Shown: positions 33,235-45,142 of the stretch, in pieces | Layout: each line of letters opens with the position of its first letter | Position numbering within the stretch: the stretch's first letter is position 1 | The notes under the pieces: generated by a model | Seen by the model: the letters and a program-made list of their open reading frames with translations, nothing else | Databases searched by the model: none | What the model was told of the DNA's origin: nothing | Source: the human T2T-CHM13v2.0 reference genome, Homo sapiens | DNA: 64,000 nt | Strand: one strand, 5' to 3' | NCBI RefSeq assembly: GCF_009914755.1 | Contig: NC_060939.1 | Translations under genes and position numbers: made by a program

Positions 33235-36200
33235 CTAATACCCTACTTTTGATAATGGATAGAACATGCAGCATTAGTGCTCACTCTTTGGGACATCTAG
33301 CCACTGAGGGTCTGCCTGGTTCTCAGGCCTGCGAGTTTAACGGGCAGCCTAAATGAGTGAGGAAGGAACTACTGGAACACAAATCATCTCTGTGACAACC
33401 CAAAGTCAAGAAAAATTATTTCTTTGTGGAGAGAACATTCAAAAACCTCTCATGAGGTGATGGACATGTCAACCTTCCTGATTTGATCCTTATACAACAT
33501 ATACATGAATACATTAAACCATACTCCATAAATATGTACAATTATAATGTGTGAATTTTTTTTAAAAAAAGAAACATTATTTCTTCTATTATTAAAGTGA
33601 AAAATACCCCAGGCTTCTGGTATATGGATGTTCAACATTCCTTTATGAGACAGACTAACAAGGAAGATTTTATCTTTTTACACATTTTGCTGCAAACTCC
33701 AATTTCCCTTGATGATATATGCCTCCTCATAAAAAGAACATTATCCATTTCAGCCTTCCCTGTACTGTTTTATATTTAAAATCAGTATCACAGGTTTCAT
33801 ATTTTTAATTTCTTTTCAACTGGTTCATGAACATATGGTCTTTGTCTCCTCAACTACTCTGAAGTCCTTGAGGGAGAAAAAGGTGGCCATTCATGTTTCA
33901 ATCTTTTGCAATTTCCCTACCAATTCAGAGGGCAGTTCTGGGCTCATTAATGAACCCTTAACAAGTACTTACTGGCTAACTCAGAGCTTCATAACTGGTG
34001 TATTTTGGTGTGCGGGTGTAACATGAACAAGTTCCATGTGTGCCCAGATAACAATCCTTCCAGGCCTAGAGTGGTATGGGGCTGTAGGGGTGGTGGAGGG
34101 GACAGGAGCTAGGGATTGGGGTAACAGCAGCCCTTGGAGGCAGGCTCCTCAGCGTGAGTGAATTGAGTCAATGTCAAGATGTGAAAAAGATTGGGGAGCC
34201 TTGGGCTAAATGACCGCCTAGAAACACTGCCGAAAGAACTGGAAATAGCCCGAACGTCCATCAAAAAGACGAAGTTCTTTTATTTACCAAATGGGAAATC
34301 TTCCAAGACATAGATGGTAGGTATTACGCTACCATTCATGTAAACGGGGAGAGAAGTAGAAACTTAATTGTTTGTATATGATATGATACGCAGGAAACCT
34401 GAGGCACCATGATGGCTAATTCACAGCGGAAGCCCAGGGGCCGGAGGCAGAGGAAGGAAGACGTATTCCTATAAGCCCTTTGCACTTCTGAATTTTGAGC
34501 CACGTGACAGTATTGGCTATTAAAAACAATTAATATTTTAAAGCTGTCAAATCCACCTTTGCCTATCTCCAAATTTCATCAATAATCATTACTGTCTACA
34601 GCTTCACCCCTAGTCAAATATGAGAAAATAATAGAAGAAAGATCTACTGGTTGCCTGCGTGCAGTCTGTGAAAATCCACTGGGCTTGACCCTTGCGACCT
34701 ATGCACTTTTCCATACGTACAGTACACGTCGAAGCAAAAGTCAAAGACAAAATGAATAGGTTACTTAAGTCAATTTTCTTTTTGTTCCCTCTTAAGAGTA
34801 GTATAGCTTTTCATGTATTTGCCTTGATAAAATGAATTCCTATTTCAAAATTTTCAATAATAATTCTCAAAAACACCTCACCTGAGTTGAGTCAATATTG
34901 CTGACACCATGTGGCAAGGGGAGCCAGGAGCTGAGCTCCTCCCAGCTCTTCCCCAGCCTCCAGGCCTACACTCTCACTATCCTCTGACTTCTCTGTGAGT
35001 TTAACATTATTTCCAAACAAAGTTCTCAAGGCTATTTTTTAATAACCACCAATAATTATCAAAACAAGTTTAGAAATGAATCTAGACTTTGATTTTGACA
35101 GTTGTTCCTCACAAGTCATTTTAATTACCTAAGTGTCATCCCAAGGTACTATTTCTACTCGCCAAAAAAAACACTATACCTTCTGGCTAGGCTTATAATA
35201 GGGCAAAATAAGTACCTTCCAAGTCCCAAAGCTTAACGTAATTGTCTTTAACATAAGACTCCACCTCAATAATTTCCCATAATGTGAACCTTAATGGGGA
35301 AACTAGATTTACAGGAAGTTTAATAAAAGTTCCTCATCCACACGAAGGATTAATCTTACCTGAGTGGTGAACACAATGATAAACCTAATAACAACTTAGG
35401 TTAGAAGCACTTAAAGCTTTATAAAAAGAAAAATAAAAAAATAGAAATCAAAGGTCTAATAAGATGGCAAGTGTTCCAATAGATGAATTCTTAACATTAT
35501 AATGAAGAACTACACGTGAAAGGGAACACTTCAAACATGTAAGAAAACATACAGGAGAAAACATATTCGTGACCTAAGGAAGGGAAGAATTTCTTAAACA
35601 CAAAAGCACAAACCGTAATGGAAAAGAATGATGCATTAGATTGCACTTAGATTCACAATTTGCGTACAATAAAAATCCCACAATTAAGGTGAAAAGTTAA
35701 GTCACAGTCTGAGAAAAGATACTCTATCCAGAATAAAGCACTTCAACAAAACTGTAAGACAACATTTCAGCAGAAATACGGGCCAAGACTACGAACAGGC
35801 AAGGCAGCTCACAGAAGAGAAAAAGAGAGCTCTGGGCACTGCAGGTGGGAGGGCCCTGTGGCACAAGCCCAGGAGAAGCCTGCAGCAGTCAGTCAAAGCT
35901 CTGACACCACAGGGCATTTAAAGAAACGCAGAGCAGCAGCAGGCCCAATAACCACACTCCCAAGGAGAGCCTTGCTGCTGCTGTCCCTGACCCACCTCCC
36001 AAGGCAGGGAGACGGGACCACACGGGGAGGAGGCCTCCTCACCAACCAGGTCCCTTCAGCTGATGAGGCCACTGACAGGATGCACCAAGCCTCAGAGGGG
36101 GCTCCAAGTGTCCAGACAGGATCATTCCATGCACCCCTTCGCAGGCCATCAGAAACCTTTTGTGATTACCTCCCGTCAGAGGAAAATCATCTCCAAAATG

Positions 36201-37593
36201 GCCTCCCACCCTGCAGCCCCAGGATGACACTTTCTAACTACCTCTTGGCACTAACGCTAAACCCAAGTTCTTGATCAAACTCAAGAGACTGGCTCTGTTG
36301 GTGTCTGTCCAGCAGTATATAACAGCACGACCTAACTAAGACATACTTTTAAAAATTCTCTCCCGAAAGAAGGTCTGTCCTCTATGATTCCGGCAAGAAG
36401 GTTGGCTTCTCGGAGATGATGGTCAGGGGAAAGTGTTCCAAAATATACAATGTGTTACCTATTTTAACCATAATGAAATGTGTCAAGGTTATAACTACTT
36501 TCTTAGGATGGGGAAAAATGCAGAAATATTGCCAGCTGTATTCTGCTTAAAACAGCGTGAAACCCTCAAACAGCTTTCCTCGCTGCAAAAATCCGTGACG
36601 ACAGAGAGATCCCGTAGGCCCAGTGAGCTGTCCCCTATGTGCTGGGGTTGGGGGGATAGTATAAGGCACACAGGGATTGAAGAGTTCACTCAAGATCACA
36701 TTTAGGATTTAAAATGTATCTTTGTGACTTTGTAATTAAAAATTACATGGCCACTCCCTGTATGCTTGAAAATGTCCACTTCCCTAAAGTTCAAACAACA
36801 AAAAAAGTAAGAGTGATTAGCAGACATTTAAAAGCAAGTCTAGGGGTGGACAAGTACAGGCAAGAATACTGCTCTTTCACTCAAGTACGTGCTTTAGAAC
36901 ATTAGTTCAGAAAAAAGCTAACAGTTCATATTAGAAAGTGTATTCTTTTTCTTGGGCAAAAGATCTAGCAATTACCTCTGCTCCTCACAACTGCCAGGAG
37001 TTTATCAACCTAAAGACAATACAACCTCAATAATTTTTTTCACCATTAACTGGTATCAGATTGTGCAATCTGCAGGCAAAGGGTGCAGCAACAACACAGG
37101 AAAGTCCAAAGCCAGTCCATCTTCTCTACAACTGCTACAGAGAAAACATCTACAAGCGGACTTCCTTCGGCAAATTTCATTTATGTGTCACGGTAACTCA
37201 GAAGTTGCACGACAACTATTCTGAAAGCAACAACTATATTATAAACTCACAGATTAAAGTAACTATCTGAACAGTCAAGGTACACAACAAATGCGAAGTC
37301 AAATGCTATTGGCTTTTTTATACCATGATTCCTTTTATAAATTCAAAACACGTTAAGTTTCTAATCTGTGTAGGTCATTATGACCAGAAGAGAAGAGCCA
37401 GGCCTTTGCAAAAACAAATAGGGAGATATCCTACATTCTTGCAATTACATCTGTGGAATCAGCAGAAGTCAGACAAGATGATTTTCTGGATAATCAAGAA
37501 AATATCACCATGACCATCAGCAACCCATTATCTTTTCTTTAGGCCCCAAATGCCATTATTTATTAACTAAGTATTAGGACAAAAGTATGGAAG

Positions 37594-37902
<309 letters not shown>

Positions 37903-38088
37903 TCAAAGCCAAGAAAAGGTAATAAAGGGGAACTGAATTTTTTTTTTAATCTAAGGCTAAAAATGTAGAATAATACCAACTTCAACCCTCAAAGAGGATA
38001 TCATCTCTAGTTTCCTATGATACGCTCAGAACTAATGACAAAATTGACAAAATTAAGTTTTTCCCATGGTAAAGAATTCTGTTCTTAC

Positions 38089-38584
38089 CTCATAAGACCA
38101 GACACACTGCACCCCTGCAAACCTCCGGACACACCTTCCCACCTCCACGTCCTCATGGGTGGTGTACATCTCCCGGAGACACTTGCCAATGTGCGGCACC
38201 ATTCTCCGAAGCACCTCCCGGCTCATGATCACGCCAGGCCCCCCCATGCAGAAGTTCTCACCAGGCTCCAGGGCCAGTTTTCCCATTTCTTCCGTGGTGC
38301 CCAGGCCTGTCTGCCCAAGAAAGAGGGGCTCGCTGCTGTTCAAACTCCTCAGGAAGTTCTCCAGACGGTCTCCTTTGATGTACACGTCATCATCTGCTCT
38401 CATAAACCATTCATACTTGTCCAAGTAGTGGTCGTGCATGTACTTGAGCATCATGAAGGACTTCTTCTGGGGCGGGTAGGAGTCGTCCACACCCCGTAGT
38501 GGCACTACTGGAATTGGTACAGATGTGTCAGAACCCTCACTTGAGAAGAACTGAACTTTCCCAGGAATTGTCTTGGACCATGTT
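38089..38584 (-). CDS. CHSY1: CHSY1 coding exon 2 (496 nt, c.321-816): GT31-like glycosyltransferase domain with DXD motif (RADDDVY, D171-D173)
   Basis: Acceptor tttattttaattccag|A at 38585/38584; donor GAG|GTAAGA at 38089/38088. Joined to exon 1 (AG+A=Arg) it reads R-TWSKTIPGKVQFFSSEGSDTSVPIPVVPLRGVDDSYPPQKKSFMMLKY...WFMRADDDVYIKG...HEDVEVGRCVRRFAGVQCVWSYE with no stop. 320+496=816 nt, phase 0. Confidence 0.98.
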
Positions 38585-39242
38585 CTGGAATTAAAATAAA
38601 TATCAGTTAGAGAACAGTTTATTCCAAGCTGATTTTCAGGAATTCACGTTATCTGCTCATCTTGTATCGCCGTGTTCAATGGAATGATAAAAAGCTACTT
38701 GGCCTGCTTGGTTCCTCTTAACGAAAGCCCAGGTTACCGCGTATTGCAAAGTCTAAATTAACTTTCAAAAGAACCCCAACAAAAAATGAAGAAGTGTTAA
38801 AACTGTTCTGGGATAACTAAGTTTTAGTTATGGCTGAAAACCAAACTGCCAGGGGACCAAGGTCTGGGTATACAGATTAATTTTGTGATACTATCAACTC
38901 CCTACCTAAGAACTTCTCAACTCTATAAAACAAAAAACAAAATCAAATGGTTCACTCAAAAAATTTTCTTTGAACCAAGTGCCAAGTATGTGCTAAGCTA
39001 AAGGGATGTGGTGGTGAACAAAAACGTGATCCCCAACTCACAGAGAGGACATCAGGAGAGACAGACACTTACCAGAATAATGAGACTAATGTATATATTA
39101 TTATGAACTAAGAGAAGTACTCCCAAAGGGCAGAGCACAGGACATGAGCTGAACCAACAGAACAGGGAGCCTTCCCCTGAAACAGGGTAAACATCAAGGA
39201 ATGCAGGGCACGAGAGCGCTGTCATGAGGCGAGGAAGAAGGC

Positions 39243-39932
<690 letters not shown>

Positions 39933-39944
39933 AGAGGCAAATGT

Positions 39945-40288
<344 letters not shown>

Positions 40289-40465
40289 CTAGAGATGCAG
40301 GCCTCTATGTTGCAAGAGCCACAGGAAGCCTCTAGAGGGAATGCGGCAGAAGACAAGATTAAGGCCCACACATTTTGAACTCCCTAGGAATGGAGAAGAA
40401 GGCCGAAGGAAGCCAGAGTGGACACAGGAAGACCACTGAGTAAACTACTGCAGCAGCCCAGACCC

Positions 40466-40680
40466 GGGTTTAAGAGACAACGGTTGCCCATCAACAGAGG
40501 GAAGATGAGTGGTCAATTGCGAGGAAACCACATAAAGGGTTTAAGAGACAACGGTTGCCCGTCGACAGAGGGAAGATGAGTGGTCAACTGCGAGGAAACC
40601 ACGTAAAGGGTGTAAGAGACAACGGTTGCCCATCGACAGAGGGAAGATGAGTGGTCAACTGCGAGGAAACCACGTAAAGG
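40466..40680 (+). repeat. Tandem repeat, 71-bp unit x3
   Basis: GGGTTTAAGAGACAACGGTTGCCC...GAGGAAACCAC(A/G)TAAA at 40466, 40537 and 40608, with a few substitutions. Confidence 0.93.
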
Positions 40681-42419
40681 CTGCTTCTGCTGAGCAGCTA
40701 ATTGAAGGCTATCATATCGCACTTTCCCTCCTACTTTCTTCACGTTCTGTATTCAGATCTAAAGTTGTTTGGCTATAATAATTCATTCATACAGACTACT
40801 TCCAAGAAAAATGTATCGTGGAGAATAAATAAAATAGTAAATTTAATCTTAAAATAAAAAAAGCAGTTATCAAATGATGTTCTTTCAAATATTTTTTATT
40901 TTACCTGTTACAAGTGTATTTATTATAGTGAAAAATTACTTGAAGGATCAATGAAACCCCCACACATCTTTAAGGGAAAGTCTTAGGAGAGAAATATCTG
41001 AAAAGATACACACCAAATCTCTGCGGAAGAGGTACACAAGGAGGAAAATTGGGAGGAGCTGGAATGTGTGTGGACAAAGGTGACTTTCACTTTTTATTCT
41101 ATGCATCTCTATATTGAAGGACAACTGCATAAGTATCATATTGTTTTTTTTAAAAAAAATTGTGATAAAATATACATAACATAAAACTTACCATCTTAAC
41201 CATTTCTAAATGTAAAGTTCAGCAGCATTCAGTGTTGTGAAACCATCGGCACCATCCATTTCCAGAACTTTTTTCATCTTGCAAAACTGAGATTCTAAAT
41301 ATTTACTTTTGTAATTTTAAAAAGAACTTACAATGAAGCACTTGGAAAACAAATGACTGGCTTTTATTTCTCTTCCAAACCCAAATATGAGGAATACAAA
41401 ACAACTTCGAATGTATCTCTTTCAAGTAGAGGCAAAATTCAATGGAATTCGACTTTCTGCCAACACGCCTCTCAAAAAGTGCAAGGATTAAATATATACA
41501 TTTTTTCATCACATTTAGGATGTTAACTGGAAGATGCACCATTGTTTTATCTATCAACAAATTTAAAAAATACTGCCAATCATAATCCCATGACGCCGGT
41601 AACTATAAAATGCATCCTAATTTCTGAGATGTCAAAATCACAGAATGGATATAAGATGGTGTTGTTAATGTTTTCCCTTAGTGCCTATGGATTTAAAATG
41701 GACCTGTATTCTTACGCCACTTAAATAACTCATTAACAAAGAACAAGAATAACAACAAAAAACAAATTCAGCCCAGACATTCATTCCACGGTTATTAACA
41801 GATACTGTTCTAGGTACTGCACTTCATTTTCACAAAGGATATGCTCCTGAAGAAAAAGGATGTAGAATAAACGTAGAGATGTGGAAATTAATTTAAAGAA
41901 AAACCAATCCCACCTACAAAGGGACAAGTCCTTTTGCAAATGCGACAATGTGTGAATGTGTGACAAGCTATACAGAGTCTTCTGATGCGGTGACATATGG
42001 AGGGGAGATAACTTCTCAGAACTCCTCCAGCCTTGGGAAGTTAGTAAGGACAAAATTATAGTGCAATGACCCCCCATTCAAGTCGAGGAGCCCCTGATAA
42101 TGCTCTCTTTATAGAGAAATGTTTTTCATTTGGCAGTCGCAACAATTCTTTGAAAATGTAAATAATTTCAGTGCTTGGCACATAATAGAGGTCACTAAAT
42201 GTGTGCACTGAATACTGCCCACTCATGTACAATAAGTAACTTAATGGTGCCACACGTGTTTGCAAAAGGTCAGAAATCATTTCTATCTTGTACTTTGAGA
42301 AATTTTCAACCTAGGAAGCCATGAAAATACTAAAACACTGTAATGTTATTTGGGAGATGGGGTGGGCGAGACAATTCCTGCCTTCAAAGAACAACCAACT
42401 AAGGAGGCGAATCTACAGC

Positions 42420-42600
42420 ATCACCGCAAGAGCTGGCTCTGGAATCAGGCCATGGGGGCGAGAACTCCAGCTCCACTTGGGACAAGTTACTCTGTGCCTC
42501 AGTTTCCTTATCTGTAAACGGGGGTTGTTGTGAGGGTTAAATGAGCTCTCTGTAAACAGCTTAGAAGCCTGCCTGGCACTATGTAAGTATGACTTATTAT
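42420..42600 (+). mobile_element. MIR
   Basis: Core CTCTGTGCCTCAGTTTCCTTATCTGTAAACGGGG...GTGAGGGTTAAATGAG...GCCTGGCAC. Confidence 0.8.
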
Positions 42601-43698
42601 TAAGGAAGACAAGAGTTTGCAAATCAAATAAGGTAGTGAAAGAACAGGAAAGTGTGGGCTCCACGTGGACTAGTCAGTCTCAGGAGCACACGGAGCAAAG
42701 GTAATGTGGAAAATGCTTCTTAAAACCTGAGCCTCAAGCTATGTACTGAAATCCTCTTTTACTATCAACTTCAGACAATGTTACAGGAAAGAGGCCTAAC
42801 TGCAAATTTCACGAGCATTTCGCGGTAGAGCACGAGAAACTTCCCTACTAGACTCTGAGGATGAAGCTTCATTATAGTTTGGCCCTGCTTTCCGTGTACC
42901 CCACCAGGAAGAACACAGTGAAAGAGGCCCCAGCAGTACAACCAGCACAGACGCAATTAATGTCTCAACTATGACTGAAATGGTGTAATTTGCCCAAGAA
43001 GAGAAACCAATTAATTTTAAAAACAGTCTAACCTCAACCCTACAGTTTTATGGTAACTCCACCCAATTATTATCTGTTCCTTTTTAGGTAACTCAGGGAA
43101 AAACCTCATGTTGTCCTTTTCTGTTCTAAATGACTGGTGGTTGGTTTGAGGGAAATCTCTCAATGTCAAGTCTTTGTAAACCCTCCAATCTTAAGAAATT
43201 ATAATCTTTTCAATTAGGGTCCTTTAACTTGAAGAGCTCCACAAAGTGAACGAGTTCAGGAACATAAATCGTGATTCACCACCATCCTGAGGAGGAGGAG
43301 GGGATGCATTAATAATTTCAAATAATTGAAGGGAATGCTCCCAAAGAAGCAAGCTGTCCCCTCTTCTGCAATATCAACAAGTCCAGTTCCTTCATTTTCA
43401 TAAGCAAACGTCAGCTTTGCCATCAACACATTTGTTACCGGGAGCAAAGAACTCTCACTTAATTGAAATGACAAAACGTTTGCAGAGGCCTTGCCAGAAA
43501 AAGCTCATTTTCAATGAACTGATGTCCAACCCTTGCTCAAGCCCAGATAAGACAGCTGAAACTTGAGAGTGCCAAGTGAATCCTCCATCACTCTAGGTTT
43601 CTAAACGCTATTCCTACACTGAGTCAAATCACAGTTAAGTAATTCAGCTGGACCAGTATTAGCTTAGCTAAGGAATGCCTTTGCTGGTTAGGACTTAA

Positions 43699-43828
43699 CC
43701 CATTTATGTCAGAGGTTGCGATTTTTTTGTGTGGAAAAAAAATCAGACTTTGGTGATAACCTTGAGCGGGATATAAATAACTCCCACAAGCTTAGCGTTC
43801 CAATAATGGAACTCTAGGCATAAATGGG
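43699..43828 (-). mobile_element. MER85, non-autonomous piggyBac (PGBD3-family) element with TTAA target-site duplication
   Basis: TTAA(43695-98) CCCATTTATGTC...GGCATAAATGGG TTAA(43829-32). The reverse complement begins CCCATTTATGCCTAGAGTTCCATTATTGGAACGCTAAGCTTGTGGGAGTTATTTATATCC, matching the MER85 consensus as I recall it. Confidence 0.92.
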
Positions 43829-44106
43829 TTAATATCATAGTCTCCATTTCCATTCAGTGTTGTTTTAAGAAAAACTACATAAAATACACTTCTGTACAAA
43901 ACTGCATCTATAGCATGACTCTTGTCCTAGGTAAATATTCATAATATACGGGTAAGCTTAAAAAGCAGGCAACAGTATATACTTGTGATGTGGCTTACCA
44001 AGGGAACAAAAGTACATATACAAAAATAAAATAACGTACAACTCCACCCCCAAAGTATTCACCGTGGTTATTTTTGGATGGGAAAACCAGAAAGGATTTA
44101 ATAGTC

Positions 44107-44397
44107 TTTTTTTTTGTTTTCTGAGACGGAGTCTGGCCCTGTCGCCCAGGCTGGAGTGCAACAGCGTGATTTCACTGCAACCTCCGTCTCCCAGGTTCAA
44201 ACGATTCTCCTGCCTCAGCCTCCCGAGTAGCTGGGATTACAGGCACCTGCCACCACGCCCAGCTAATTTTTGTACTTATAGTTGAGACAGGGTTTCACCA
44301 TGTTGGTCAGGCTGGTCTCGAACTCCTGACCTTGTGATCCGCCCACCTCGGCCTCCCAAAGGGCTGGGATTACCGGCGGAAGCCATTGCGCCCGGCC
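44107..44397 (-). mobile_element. Alu
   Basis: Reverse-complement dimer; TSD AATAGTCTT. Confidence 0.95.
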
Positions 44398-44836
44398 AAT
44401 AGTCTTCCTTGTGTTTTCTAAATTTTCTAAGTTTTCTGCAACAGGTATATTTAGAGCTGGAAAAAAAGTTTTAACTGGGCAAAAGCTTTGAGGCTAACAA
44501 GCAACCAAAGAAATCAAAACATGTAACAACAGAGAATTTTTACTTTTGTAATAAAATTTTTTTATCCAACAAGAAAAACTGAAAGAAAAATGGAGTAAGA
44601 TTGAGTCGTTTCAATTGTGATTTTTAAGCTTTAATAGTTATTCTACTAGTTACCATTAAAAAGGTGGGGAGATTTTCTGTGAGTTCCCCAAAATCACTAT
44701 TACATGTGCTGTCTGATGGCTACACGGCAGTCAGTTTGAAAGGACTCATGATAAAATCATCTTGGAAGTTAAAGAAGGGAGGATATGGGTTTTTCTCTCT
44801 GTAGAACTGATGGATAATAGGAATTAAGGGTATATA

Positions 44837-45142
44837 CAGCTGTTCCTTATCATCCAAGAGGGAATGATCCCAGGACCCCAAAATCCACAGACGCTTTAGT
44901 CCCTGATATAAAATGGTGCAGTATTTGCTTAAACCTTCACATACCCTCCTGTATACTTTAAATAGTCTCTAGATTACTCATAATACCTAATACAATGTAA
45001 ATGCTATGTAAATAGTCGTTATACTATATTGTATTTACTTGTATTGTTTTTATTATTGTTATTTTCTATTGTTTTTCCCCCCAAATATTTTCAATCCATG
45101 GATGGTGGAATCCACAGATGTAGCAGATAGCAGGGCCAGCTG
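44837..45142. mobile_element. MER2-like TcMar-Tigger DNA transposon
   Basis: TA|CAGCTG...CAGCTG|TA ends; internal GTCCCTGATATAAAATGG...TCTCTAGATTACTCATAATACCTAATACAATGTAAATGCTATGTAAATAGT typical of MER2. Confidence 0.8.

Noticed and set aside
38017-38499. 160-aa + strand ORF over exon 2
   Set aside because: Antisense shadow of a coding exon; no recognisable protein features.
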